A stretch of DNA of 64,000 bases from Phoronis australis (Eukaryota; Animalia; Phoronida), in the NCBI GenBank assembly GCA_002633005.1, contig NMRA01000364.1, positions 393,853-457,852 on the forward strand, given 5' to 3'. Below the pieces are notes generated by a model. That model saw only the letters and a list, made by a program, of their open reading frames with translations. It had not been told where the DNA came from and ran no database searches. The translations under genes and the position numbers were made by a program. Below are positions 1 through 13,237 of this stretch, piece by piece; position 1 is the stretch's first letter; every line of letters starts with the position of its first letter.

Positions 1-500
1 ACTCTGTTAGAAATTGATGGGTAAAACAAGTTATTAAAGCAGTCTTTGGATCTTTTGGACCAATTTTCTAGTTTTCGGGGCTGGAACCTAATCCACTATG
101 GACAAAACTCATTGTATATGGATCGGCCTGCCAGGATATCGAGTAACACGCGTTTATGTCCCGAGGTTAAACTCTCATGGCATTAAGGTCAATTAATGTT
201 TTTGGGAATAAACTTCAGCGTCAATCTATCCACTATTCCTGGTTTAAATTACACTCGGAAAATTAAAGAAATTCAAAAAGACTTGTCGACCTGGTTGCCT
301 CTCGGCAAAATTACTGTCATAAAATCTTATGACTCCCGCTGCCATCACCATCAAGAGAAGAAGTCCATCTATTAGAACGTAATGCCTTTCAAATTTATTT
401 CACAGAGTAAACCGGATAAAATTAAAAGGGTCGAAATTGTTCAGAATTTCTTGCATGGTGGCTGCAAAATGATTTATATCGCACTCTTTTTTAAAATCAT
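1..500 (+). mobile_element. Highly decayed L1/Tx1-clade non-LTR retrotransposon fragment (C-terminal half of RT region)
   Basis: Broken frames read TL.IDG..LLKQSLDLLDQFS..G...KT..IWIG, LGKITVIKS and FI...KPDKIKR...Q....GG.KMI, the motif order typical of Tx1/L1 ORF2 downstream of the YADD motif. Many frameshifts and stops. Confidence 0.6.
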
Positions 501-2234
501 TGAAATTATCTTGGTTCAGATAACAAACCATGAATATAAGTGGGAAACTGACCTAGCTATTAATGCGTCTCCTCAACCCAAATGTTTGTCGGAGATAGCT
601 TCTCCCCAATATTCGAGGTGTTAATAAAAATAAAATAAAATTGAAAATTTAAAACGCTCCCCACCCCCCAACCATCAATTGTCACGGTTTCCTACGGCCA
701 TTGTCGAAAAACTACTCTCTTACGAGATCCGAAAAGTGGTCCAGATCTTTGTTTCAAAAACTAACTCTTTACGACATCATAGGGAGGTCTGGACCCCCTA
801 GGTCCTTGCCTGATGGAGTCTGAAAAGGGTACCCATTTCAGATCCCATCAGCCGACTGGGGCTGTGATGCGGTCAGTGAAACCGGGGCATCCGGGTAGAG
901 GGTTGAAAACCAGTGAGGGATGCAATTCCTGCCTGCATTCCAGTAAACCTATATATTTCATGTGCCTTAAGCAAACAAAAGATTCCCATTCAAAACACAG
1001 TAAGCCTAGTGCCTCTCTTGATGCCCTCCAGTTCTGTAAACCAAATAAAAGTCATCATATTTACCAACTCACATTTTATTAAGACATATTCAAGCCAACA
1101 TTTACGGATAAAAAATGGTCAATTTCAAAGCAACTAATATCAAAATGCCTTATATAAGACCAGTGTCAAAAGAAAAATTAATAAAAGCGACATCGTCACC
1201 AAGTGTAAGATATTAGGTCCAAAGGCAGTGTATGAACTATAAGCCATTTCAATCTGATCAGCCATTTTTGAGGTACGATGTTCCGAAGTCAATCAAATTT
1301 GGAATTTTTCTAGGGTCTCCCACAACCTGAATTACCAACAGCAATGTCACTCTCATCAAAACATATCGAGATTCAGAACTAGTATACTATTCCCGTTTTG
1401 GGAGTTGTACTGCGATATCTTTATGCCCATGCAGTTGTACAGTTGTCAGCATTCGAAAATGAAAAGGCGGAACATCTGGATCTAGAAGTCATCATGCAAG
1501 GAGCAAATATCCGGCGCAATATCCAGAAACACTCCCGACGGCGTTTTATTTTAGTTGTGCCTGTAATATGAAGCAAGTAAAAAAGTGTAAATCGTATGGG
1601 AAAGCACTAAAATATATGATCGACGTTAATCGCCTCGTATGCTAAAAAGCGGGACAATCTAATGCTGTAGCAGGGCGTGGGACAAAGCTTTTAAAAATTG
1701 GACGGTACCGCCAGAAGCGTTACAGTTATACACGTGCTGCTGAACAACTATAGAAATGCAGCATTGACACACGTATAACAATCGCATTGCCACGGCTGCC
1801 GTCACAACATCTATTGATAATCTGCCGTCTGAGCTAGACTAAGCAATATAGTATCAGATTTAGTGACTACAAACTCCTTATTCCGTGACGCAGCAGGTGG
1901 TGATCTGCACGGAGATCCCCTCCGGGTCCGCACCTGGTCACAGTTGGACTAAAAGACCCACAAGAACTCAATGTCTTAGTTTATAAACATTACGGAAACC
2001 ATCAAGACAACTGAATTATTCGTGGAAACCATAGAAACATATATAAAAAAACATTTGGTCGACACTGAACAGAATGCCAACCTAGACGCTACCTACAGTA
2101 TGCCTACATTTGTGCTACCTACAGGTTATATTGGATGTAGATTTCATTGATCGTTATAGTTGACATGACAAGGTTTGTGAAGGCTATGGGTCTAAGACGG
2201 TCTAGTGTGATTAAAACCAGCAGACAATGGAAAG

Positions 2235-2913
2235 ATGCAACTAACCTGGTCTGCTATAAACCCACCGACGAGAAGTTGTAGCACCATTGATTATTTTCTT
2301 GCCGAGACATCGTTGTTCGAGTACATTCAAGATTTTAAAGTATTGCAATGTTATTTATTGTTGCATTTTCCTTTTATCTGTACCGTCACTACCCCTGCAA
2401 AATTATGTCAGAAAGTTACTGGTGAACCTTATATAGTATTGCAAAAACGAGTAAGATATAGATGGCCTAATGAGAAAGGTGTATTTTTAGAAAAATTACA
2501 AAGCCAGGAAGGAAACGACAAGTGTCGAGAAATTATGAGCTGTGTTGATATTCACATAAATGAGAGTGTTAAAGGAATAGTAGATTTGCTCCAGTCATGT
2601 GGAGCGGGCATGTACGTGAGGCAAGACAGGTGTGTAAGTAAACCCCGTAGACCTGCATGGTTTGACAGTGAATGTAAAGAGATGCAACTACAAAAGAAGC
2701 ATCTACTGCGAAAATTTAGAGTGTCTCGGAGTGACTTAGACCTGAGAAATTATCTTTCTAGTAGAAATGAGAACAAAAAGTTATGCAAGAAGACGAAAAC
2801 GCTATACTATACCGATAAACAAAGTGAGCTTTGTGAGTCAGTGGGCAATCCTAATAGATTTTGGAATATTATAAAACAAAGCTTGTCAGAGCGAGTACAC
2901 ACTACAAAGACTG

Positions 2914-2955
<42 letters not shown>

Positions 2956-4931
2956 TTACTGAATTGGAGTGGTTTAGATATTTCAGTAACCTGTATGATA
3001 TTAACAGAACAGAAGGTCGCCGTGAAACTTTTGATGACCTAGTTAGACAAACTCTTGATGAGCATGACGCACAGTGTGAGCGTTGTAAGCACCCACAGAG
3101 TGAGCGTGATGTAACCACTGCCCTTGACATGGATGAACTAAATGCCGGTATTAGCGCAGATGAAATAGTAAAGGCCATTAAGAAACAAAAGAATAATAAA
3201 TCTCCCGGAGAAGATGGCATACCGGCTGAATTCTATAAGTGCTTCCCTGAGGCCCTAGTAGAACTTCTCCACAAACTTTTTAATAGAATTTTCAATACCG
3301 GGCATTATCCATCCCGATGGTCAAAAAATATTATTGTGCCGTGTTACAAAAAGGGAGACAAATTTAATCAAAATAATTACAGAGGGATCTCCGTTATAGA
3401 TAGTATTTATAAAATTTTTACAACTATTCTTTATTCTCGTATAATTGAATGGTCGAATAACACGAAATGTATCCCGGAGGAACGAGCAGGCTTTAGGACT
3501 GGGTACTCTACAATCGATAACATTTTTAACCTACAGTGTATCATCCAGAAGCATGTCACTAAATGGAAGGGAAAAGTACATAGTGCATTCGTTGATTTTA
3601 GTAAGGCATTTGATAGTGTAGATATTTCCCGTTTATTTTATGCCCTTTTAACCAAAGGTTTGCATGGAAGAATATTTAACATTTTACGCAGTATGTACGA
3701 CTCTATACAATCGTGTGTTATGGTACAGTCTCAGACCACACCATATTTCAACTGTACAGTTGGTGTCCGGCAAGGATGTGTTTTAATTCCCTGGCTGTCT
3801 CGGTGTTTGTTAGCACACTAGTGTCTGATATTAGAGAAAATGTAGGCAGAGTAATACGTGTCTCTCCGGGTTGTGATATAGTCTCTCTGTTTTTTTTTGC
3901 TGATGACTTTAGTGCTGGGGTCGAATACTGTTGCTGGGCTACAGATGAAGCTCAATATCCTCGAAAAGTTTTTTCGAAACTGGAACTTGCAAGTTAATTT
4001 GGAGAAAACAAATGTTGTGGTATTTAAGCGAGGGGGCATACTTTCAAATAATGAAACGTGGGTTTTTGACGATAAGAAAGTAGATACCAAATCGTACTAC
4101 AAGTACCTAGGAGTCACATTCTCCTGCAGACTTAAATGGACAGAGTGTTGTAGAGTACTTGCAAGCCAAGCTCGAAAAGCAATGAACGTTATTAAAGCCA
4201 CTCTGTCAAAACTTAACTGTATTTCCCATGGAATGCATTTTAAACTCTTTGACTCTATGATAATGCCCATATTAAAATATGGTGCAGAAATATGGGGAAC
4301 ATCAATGTGTGAATCTATTGAAAAAGTTCATAATGATTTCTGTAAATATGTTCTGAGATTGAGTATTAAAACGCCTAATGCTATGGTTCGTGGTGAATGT
4401 GGACAATTTTGTTAATTACAAAATATATGTGTAAACCAATTGTCTATTGGACAAAATTACTGGATATGGAAGAACATAGGTACCCACTGAAGTGTTATAG
4501 TATGCTTAGGGAACAAGGTGAAAAATGGTAAATATAACTGGGCTCACCGTTTCAAAGAATTTTTGTACAGGTACGGTTATGGAGATGTGTGGTTATTTGG
4601 CCCATGTAATAGTGCTGAATTTATTATGGTATTCAAACAGAGATTACTGGATTGTGGCGTGCAGGAATGGCAACTGGAAAGAGGTAGCTCAAATAAATAT
4701 GAATTTTACAGTCTTATTAAACGTGATCTTGTTAGCGAGCAATATGTGAATTGTTTAAGCGCTTATTCGAGAGGAATACTTGCGCAATTTCGGTGTTCAG
4801 GTCACTCACTTAATATAGAGAAAGGGAGACATATGGGTATTCATAGAGGTGAGAGAATATGCGGCATATGCTGTCTGGGTGAAATTGAAGATGAGCCTCA
4901 TTTTTACTCAAGTCGTTCATCTCGAATCTAG
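2235..4931 (+). mobile_element. 5'-truncated, frameshifted non-LTR retrotransposon ORF2 (end of APE endonuclease + reverse transcriptase + C-terminal Cys/His motif), RTE-X-like
   Basis: ORFs 2235-3821, 3713-3997, 3897-4415 and 4518-4931 give STIDYFL (end of APE), KSPGEDGIPAEFYK, NYRGIS, AGFRTGYSTIDNIF, FVDFSKAFDSV, GVRQGC, FADD, YKYLG, LKYGAEIWG and FRCSGHSLNIEKGR..RICGIC..EIEDEPHF. Frameshifts/stops near 3785, 3900 and 4415. Clade assignment is inference. Confidence 0.92.
2916..2954 (+). repeat. (AAT)13 microsatellite, in frame within the LINE ORF (poly-Asn)
   Basis: Perfect AAT x13; translates as N13 in ORF 2235-3821. Confidence 0.97.
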
Positions 4932-5544
4932 GTGTCATCAAATGCGAACATGGATTATAATTTCATGAACTTGCATAAACCATCGAGCGCACGATGATAG
5001 ACACTTAACTTGTTCATTCCAAAGTGGAATGGAAAATGCCAAAAATAATCTCAAGCTCGATTTGGAGTAGAAAAATTGGATCTCGGCGCCATAACATTTC
5101 ATTAAGACCACTTACCATTATAGGAATGTTTAGCTTGACGTCATTATGACGCTTTGGACCCAGTGTGACAGCATGTTTATTCTTATTTCCGGGTCCACTA
5201 CGTCATCTACTGTCATGAAACGTCATCACTAAACATCCGCATACAACTGGTCCCAATATGTTCCATACTCATATTAGCAACTAATTCTGGGCTTTGGGAG
5301 AACTGATAACTCGTTGTTGCTCGAGACCATAATCGACGAACAAAATGACTCTCCGCGACAGGTCAACTTGCCCAGTCATCCTGACAAAAGCGATCAGTAC
5401 CTTCCCCTCAAGTTTAGACTCCAGTTCTAGGCTGTGTGAAGAGCATAATCAAAACCAGAGATAAGGGGCAGGAATTGAAAGTATTTTTTGGGAAACTGGG
5501 TTTATGTTGCACCTTTAAGGTAACTAGCCTACCTTTTTCCTAAA

Positions 5545-8500
5545 TTATTTCTTTTCAGAAAGGGGTAGAAATAGGTTCTGATCAATGTAGTACGATGATT
5601 GATTTTCTGTGTTCCCTGATTCCGGCAACAAAGTGCTTTGATCTTCCTGTGCGTTATGGTCAAAGTTATCGGTTGATTCAGGAGAATTTGATGTTGTTGG
5701 CGAATCCAACAGGTTGGTATGCTCCTCTGGCGTCACTCGACTACCGTGGTAGTCAGACCGTGTGCCGTTCTGGGCTTCCAATCCAGAGAAAGGTTTGTCC
5801 GGCTCTTCCACAGTCCCATCAGCGGCAACAGGGTCACACAGTTGTTCGTTGTCAGTTAGCTCAGGAAGCTTTACTTCGTTAACAACCAAATTCTTGTCGT
5901 CTGAAACGAAGGACTCGGTGTTTTAGTTTTCTCAGTGGATTCAGTAACGTAATTTACAAACTGGGCGTTAGGTTATAATGAAGATGCTTATCTTTGTTAA
6001 TACGAATGACAATCAATTTGTGTCATTTATGTAACTATATATTGGAATTTGACACCATGCAGCTCTTTGAACAGCAAGCAGTCGCCACGTGCACTATCAA
6101 GCCGTGTCTAATGGTCACCGAAATACTATTGCGCGTGACGCAGTATCGAAGTTGTTCGACCCTGTTGAAAATTTACTCACCGTCTGCACGGACAGCATGA
6201 TTGTTGATATCGTTACCAGGGAGGACAGGATTTTGTAATCGAGTGGCTTGCGGAGTTAAAGACGACGGCTCCATATGACTTTTCAGACTTGTCAAGGAAT
6301 CTTCGCTTCGTCTTCTCTTTCTATTTCGTTCACCTAGAAGACAATAAAAGTTGGGTTCTAGTTCCTTGAAACGGACAATCAGAACTTTCTACTGAACTAA
6401 ACAACTTACAACAAACTGCATAAAATTATCTTACATAGGTACCATGCCCACGCTTAGTTCTTTCTTTTTGCACTCCAAATAGTTTTATAATTTAATTTCA
6501 TTTTCATTCTTTCTTTTTTCATCTGAGTATATTATAAGATTAAACAGCGAAAATGCATCATCATCATCGTCGTCGTCGTCGTCGTCGTCCTCATCATCAT
6601 CCTCAGTTGTTTCCATTAGTGAGAGCCCAATTCCTTGAAAATGACTTGATGCTGACACGATTATTAGGCCGGAAAACGTGCGTATTTAAGGTTTGGCATT
6701 GCTTCACGAATAAAAAATAATTACAGAAAAAGAACCGATGGAGTGTTCAAAACAACTTACCCTTCTCTTTTCTGTCTTTACAACAAAGTACGCAGTTGAT
6801 GATTAGGCTAATAAGGAATAAACTACCGAAGGACGCCGCAACAGCCCACGGATAGTTTTGTGCTTGTGGCGCACCAGGTGGCGGACGAATAGTTGTCGGC
6901 CACATGCCTGTGTAACAAGACAATGTGGTTTGTATCAAATCAAACGTTAACATAAGCAACATTCGAGACATCACATGATCTTGCGCTGTCACAAATCAAA
7001 GTGCCAATTCTTTTTAGCACCTGGCCAGTGAAGTTCGACAAACCTTCCTTTCTTTCTGCATGACGTCGATTTCTATAAACTATAAATTCCCTTCTTAAAC
7101 ACTTCAGTCAAAACCTGAGTTCAATGCAGCGCATAATGTCAAGTTAACTCGTTTAAGTCATTAACTTCAGGGTGTTCCATCGAACATTAAAGTGGAACAC
7201 ACAGGGTAAACGAAATAGAGGCAGACCACGAATGACCTGGAGACGTTGCATCACCGATGACATGGAGAGGTTAGGATACTCATGGAGACAGCTAGAAGGA
7301 ATCGCCCAGAACAGAACAAAATGTAAATCTCTGATTCGTGACTTTTTCCCTGGTAGGGGTGACGGGCATTGATTGATTGTTCCATCGAAACAGGAAACCC
7401 GGAGTGCGTTCAGTAACGCTAGGACCTACGCTAGGACCTAGCTAAAATCTAGCCAAAGTCACGTGATCTCATTTAAAATACACGACAATGCCTCACGTAA
7501 ATTCACGAAATCTTGCTTTTTAGCGAGGTCCTGGCGTTACTGAACGGGAGGCCGGTGTGAAACAGATATCCCGGACTCGAAAACAAATTCCCGCACCTTC
7601 AAAACAGCTAACCAGTTCAAAAACAGGAACCTGACCCCGGCCTTTAAAACAGGAACCCCGCCGGATCGGACAGGAAACTAGAATAATTTTTCAAATTTTC
7701 TGAGACCACGTAACTTATATTACATTGATTTTGTTATTAGATTTTTATCGGTAAAACTCGTGCAACGTGTCTGTGGGCGAATTTCAACATAATCTGTGCT
7801 CTCAACACGTTATCTCGGTAAACATTTAGTTAAGTTCAGATTACCGGTACTCAATAGTTTCTCCCTAAGTATTTTCAAAACTGAAAACCAAATATTTAGA
7901 CGTTCGAGTGCTATTGTTAATTAACTTGTTGTGACATGTACGTAACCTCGTTGAAGAAAACAGTTGATTGAAGAATTGGTGACCCAATTTTATGGGCCTA
8001 AAAGCCGACGCAAAAGATCGCATCGCAACTTTAGCAGCAGAATAACATAGAATGCCCATTCGTCACTACTTGCCTGAAATTAAAGGGTACTCTTTTACCG
8101 GAGTCTGCTTTCGACTCTGGGATATCTGTTTTACATCGGGGTTCCTATTTCGATGGAACACCATGAATTTAACATTGTAAAATCTGTCTGAAAGATAACC
8201 AATGACTTATTTCCTGTGATGAAAAACTTTGAAAAAAGCTGCAGATTTCATTACATTTCTTCGCCGAGCCCTATGGACACCCGCATTTTAAGATTCTCAA
8301 ATAAAAATCTGCAAACGTGTCACTAAATAGTCCGATAAGTTACATTCCTTGAAACATTTTCATTAGGTTTTAAAACAGCATCAGCTGCTTGGGATAAATT
8401 TAAACGGGATTGGTTTTGCGTCAAACTTCTTTTATCACTTGTTTAACTGAAAATAAACATAACGCGTATCTAGCCAAAATCGAATTAATAAAAATTTATG

Positions 8501-8682
8501 TAATCCTACTTACTCTGACACGTGTCGTGCTTCACACACTTGTCTAGTCTGCTTTTAATGGTCGTTTGGCAAATTTCGCTGCACGGCCTACAAACTTGTA
8601 AACCGATGTCGTAGTAAGTCCGCGACGGACAATTCTTGCCTTCCATTGAGTTCACTTCCGAATTGAATTTTCTAATTTTCAT
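5545..8682 (-). CDS. TNF-receptor-superfamily-like protein A (single BCMA/TACI/Grindelwald-type CRD, TM helix, no signal peptide), about 274 aa, 4 exons
   Basis: Exons 8682-8514, 6907-6761, 6333-6181, 5900-5545; all GT-AG, all phase 1; total 825 nt. CRD CPSRTYYDIGLQVCRPCSEICQTTIKSRLDKCVKHDTC; TM WAVAASFGSLFLISLIINCVLCC followed by basic KDRKEKGERNRKRRR; acidic disordered tail. Confidence 0.8.
6557..6602 (+). repeat. Compound (CAT)n(CGT)n(CAT)n trinucleotide microsatellite in intron 2 of receptor A
   Basis: catcatcatcatcgtcgtcgtcgtcgtcgtcgtcctcatcatcatc seen directly. Confidence 0.9.
7185..7377 (+). mobile_element. Severely 5'-truncated RTE-clade LINE 3' end with (ATTG)n tail and 12-bp TSD
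   Basis: Encodes LKWNTQGKRNRGRPRMTWRRCITDDMERLGYSWRQLEGIAQNRTKCKSLI, typical of the RTE C-terminus; ends in attgattgattg; flanked by TGTTCCATCGAA at 7173-7184 and 7378-7389. Confidence 0.85.
7407..7546. mobile_element. Small MITE with 21-bp TIRs nested in the larger MITE
   Basis: CGTTCAGTAACGCTAGGACCT (7407-7427) vs AGGTCCTGGCGTTACTGAACG (7526-7546), 1 mismatch. Confidence 0.7.
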
Positions 8683-8763
8683 CGTATATTGATGCACACT
8701 GAGATTCAGTTCCCACTAGGATACTATAACGTGAACTAAAGTGTGAATTATCCGTCCTCTGCA

Positions 8764-8833
8764 TTTTATATAAAATGATGACGACTGTGGTTTTTTGGAA
8801 ATACCAACTAGTTGGCTAACGCGGGGGATTTCC
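8764..8833 (-). promoter_or_regulatory. Putative promoter of receptor A: TATA box plus NF-kB site
   Basis: TATATAAAA on minus strand at 8764-8772, about 80 bp upstream of the ATG; GGGGATTTCC at 8824-8833 is a consensus kB site. Confidence 0.6.
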
Positions 8834-11800
8834 AATAAAAAACCCCAGAGTGTGCTTATTGACGCAAGTCGACTAAAGCGACGTCTTTCGTGAAAACGAT
8901 GCTCGGATCGAGAGAAGTATTTCGTGTTCAGTTTGAAAGTAAATAACGGTTATTTTTTAAGCTGCCTTACAAATTTTATGACAATTCAAAAGACTTTTAA
9001 TTCTTATTTAGTATATTCAAGTTTGTGAGACACCATTTTCATAGTCAAACACTTTCTACGCTGCCCCCATTTGGTCTAGTCAATGTGTCCGATTTGTCGA
9101 AAGATTATATGTAGAAATATTTTGGCCCTATTGACCAGAACACCGGAATGGTTTCCGAAACCATCTCTTTTTACAAACATTCTGCCAATACTTTGTGTAC
9201 TACGATTATTTGCTACAAATTCCACGGTCATGTTTATATCCAGCTTCATTCACAGTTGACCTGAATACGTACGTGGTAATTTCCCACGGTTATTTTTAAA
9301 CAACTACATGAATGACAAAGGAGGAATTCATTCATGTTCACAACAGTTGGAGCTGAGTGGCACAAATAAAAGGAGAAAAGCCTCTACAGATACTTTCATG
9401 GAATTGCCTGGTATTTAAATCTATTTTGATGTCATTAGCGCACATTAGTACAAATACAGATAATTAAAGGACAAATCATAAGCATTCACATTAAAAAAGT
9501 TATAAAAACTGTACAAAACAAACATACATACAAATACAGGTAAAGTCTACTAAATGCTGTGTTAGTGAAATTTGAGTTGAATATTACAAATGATTGCGGA
9601 TACATTGTCAATAAGAAAAAGGTTTAGACATAAATTAGGTCGCTGATAACCGTAAAATACACTATATGAAACTTGTTGATATTTGTAGAAAATGGTAGAG
9701 ATTAGTTGAATTAAGGGTGTCGAAGGCATTATTAGGATCTATTCTAGCAACATGACATTTCAGAAACAACGACTTCTACTCATACATTGAGTCTTAAATA
9801 GTATGTAGAATTGTTTGTGGTCTTGGGAATAGGCCTCAACGCAGTTAATTAACTACTATTTCTTTGTTGCTGTTTAAGTAGCTAGCGCGAAGTTATGAAA
9901 ATTAGACACTAGATATCTGTTAGCACGAAGCTTAAATGAAAATCACGAGTACTAATGCTCGATTGTGTAGGTTCCGTTTTGGTTCTCATGGGACAAGACT
10001 GTGAAACTGAATAATTAATCCTTTCGATGTGTAAAAGGCGGATGTTCACAGTTTAAACTGTGCCTTTCATTACGCAGTGTCTGTATATGGAAATTTGCAC
10101 TTTCGCGGAAATACCAATGAGAACATGAATGAAAATTTCTAACTAATAAATGAATCCATTTCAGTCCGGTTGAAATCACGCCACTCAAGAATCACGTAAA
10201 AGAGTGCTATTTCATGTGGATTGGTTTTTTTTTCACACGATAGTCATACTCGCATTGATACGTTGGACGGATTAGAGATCTATCAATAATCTCACGTGGG
10301 CGGGAGTGCCTATTGATCAGTGCCACAATCAATGATAAGAGGTACTAAGTAGAGCGTGCTCCTTTGAATAATGTGTTTTTATTTTTCTCCAGAATGAAAT
10401 ATAATTTGAGGTGTTCAGGATGTCACACTCCAGTCGGTTTCATAGTAAGGGACCAGAAAATGAAAGGGTCCTCTGATCTGACTTTGTTTTTTACTTGTGC
10501 TGCAAAGAATTCATTATCGTAAGGTGACTTTGTACGATACGTAGGCGGGTAATCTGGAGCATTAACGTGGACACACTTACGTAATAGCAGATATTTGTTT
10601 TAATTTTTAATACGCAATTTGATAGGTAACCAGAGGATTTGTATAAAGGTACTTTGTCACATGGTCATATCTTCGAAGACATAAATTTGACCTAGCGGCC
10701 CTATTCTGAAGTTTCTGTATTTAGATAATATAGAGTCAGTATTTGTGAAAAGTAAGCTAAATGGTAGACTTTGAAGTGTATCCAGTTTACGTTTACATAG
10801 GACTCTTGAAAAATGTTCATTTGGAACATCGTATCTCGGAAATGGCTGAACAAATTCAGAAGAAATTTTCAAATACCATATGCTATGCACAGTTTTCCAA
10901 AGTGATGTTAGACATTGTTTCTAAAATACAACTCATTTGTACGAGGGACTATCAACAATAAAGGAAAAAATAAAAAGTTGCATAATAAAGAAAACGAAAC
11001 GGTAATTTAGAAAACTGTACCAAAGTTTTGAGATTTCATCTTAAACATTTATATCGAATGAAATTTAATCATATAATTAATACCGTTGTTTGTTACCAAT
11101 GTAAATTTTTTCTATAGTAAACATGGGCGGCGCACCATAAGGGGCGGGGGGGCTATAGCCCCACTTTTTTTCAGTGCTGCGCAGCCCATGGTAAATGTAG
11201 CCGCGTCCGGCTAAAGAGATAAATAAAAGAATACAGAGTTGCCGTTTGCATTACACACTCTATTCGGTGGAGCAATTCGAACAAACTTGCACCAGCAATG
11301 CAGTTACAAGAGACGTCACAAGCGATCAAAGTGATACCGCACAAGCGGTTATCTGTAACAAAGACAGTCCAAGTCACAGACAATACTGTAGTGTGATTTC
11401 TACGATCTAAGCAAGCAACCGTAAACAACTAACAAACACCATTGATGAGAGCGCTAGAATACAGGCCAACAAATACTAACTACACCAAGGAACACTATCT
11501 ATTCTCATGGGCGGCGCGTTAGACAACAACACTCTCTAAACTCAGCTTGTTAGACAAACATGCGAGATTCAACTGAAACACTCGACCATTAAAGACTTTC
11601 AACAGCGTGTTCCACAGTCTGTGCTCATCAGAGAAAATACACGATTCGCTCTGCAAACTGCTAAACTCAAGAAACACCAGTCACCAAAACTTTGTAACAA
11701 TACAAAGACTATTGTGTAACAATTAATAGCTGGCCGGTCAAGCTACTATTCATCTATGCAAATGTCACATGTAACAACAGGAATCTGGCTTACTGAAAGA

Positions 11801-12683
11801 AACCAAGTCACAGCGACGAAAGACTGCCACCTATATAGAAATAAACAACGTGATAATAAATGAAACAAAATAACACAACAAGCAATGACAACAGTGATGC
11901 ACGGCATCAACAGTGCTAGTTTTACCAAGAAGACCGGGTCAAATTCAAATTCTACATGCTTTCTACTTTCAAAAAAATACTTTTACTGAAATAAAATTGA
12001 TAGGTTTGTTGATCATTGGCTAACTCCATATACTAGTTGATAAGGTCATACGTAACCTTAATAGTCAAGTTTATAGAATGCAAAGTACAGTACTGAGGAG
12101 AAAAACGCGTCATATTCAAATGTGCAAGGAGACTGCCTGTGAACTGATAAATACACGCTTACAAAAAGTATTTTGCTGTTAACGCTTTAAGTCGCGGAGT
12201 TAGTCGAACCGTGACTCTCCGTGAGTCATAATTTTGCCCAATATCAGAGGTAGGCTTTGTTGTCAGCCTCCTTACTCTAACTACCAGCGCTCTACTGTAA
12301 ACAAGATATTGTGTCGATTCGTTGGGTTTTTCTTTAGTCATGGGCCTATCCCAGAGAGACGGACGACACTCACCCAGTGGAGACAAAGAATCATAAGTCA
12401 AATTTCTTCGCAGCACAGTTTAATTGTAGATTTCGTAATGAAATTCTATTTCACCTCGGTTTCCCCGCGTATTGCCGCCAACGAGTTGCAACTTACTGGT
12501 TAAAGGAGAAATAGCAAGTGCCGTTTCCAACCTCATGTGTGCAAAACAGATTCCTATACATATTCGTTATTTCCGCGTATTGAATACTAGACTGGAATCA
12601 ACTGCCCCGGCGAGGACAGCACAGGAATTCGTGACAGCTCAATCTATCGACTCGGAGGCCTTTCGATCACTGAAGCCTCAAAC

Positions 12684-12845
12684 CAGGGGCGGATCCACTG
12701 TATTTTTGAGTTAGGGGAGGGTAGGGGCAGGGTAGAGTATAGCAAGGATTTAGCCCGTCAGATTCGCACCCCCGAACTGCCGAATGGAATCTGGGAAAAT
12801 TAGGGGGGTCATGGCCCCCTTGGACACCCTCTAAATCCGCCACTG
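12684..12845. mobile_element. Short GC-rich MITE with CAG(T/G)GGCGGAT-type termini
   Basis: CAGGGGCGGATCCA ... AAATCCGCCACTG inverted ends; related termini recur at 57512-57659 and 63953. Confidence 0.6.
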
Positions 12846-13237
12846 CAAATCGCTGCTGTTTTTATTACTATTTTCTCTCCCGGCCCGTTGCCTAGAAGCC
12901 AGCATTTGTTACTGGAACGTAATGGATGGATTCAAATTCAGATCACAGGTTTTGCCTGAATGACAGAAACTGAAGAAAGACTACGACTAACTTTGTGAGA
13001 GAGACATGTCGCTCACAAACACGAGCTCGAACAAGAGTGAGTGTATAGCGACGACTTTCTCAGTAGCGGTCTTTGTCAAAATATAGGGCTAGTTGTTGAC
13101 TTACTATACTAAGATAAAATCTCCGAGCACACTTTTAAAAATGTGCTGCTATAGTAAGTCGCATTAAATCTCTGCCTTGTGACACCCAACATCGAGGTTA
13201 TGACAGATACACACGAAAAGATAATAACATGATTGCC

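Larger units (their letters stand above)
7171..8162. mobile_element. Non-autonomous DNA transposon (MITE) with terminal inverted repeats, interrupted by two younger insertions
   Basis: Left end GGTGTTCCATCGAA..ACAGGAAACCCGG..GTGAAACAGATATCCCGGACTCGAAA is the reverse complement of the right end TTTCGACTCTGGGATATCTGTTTTACATCGGGGTTCCTATTTCGATGGAACACC (about 8110-8162). Confidence 0.75.

Noticed and set aside
2807-3220. 137-aa minus-strand ORF with poly-Leu 'TM segment'
   Set aside because: Antisense shadow of the LINE ORF and its AAT repeat.
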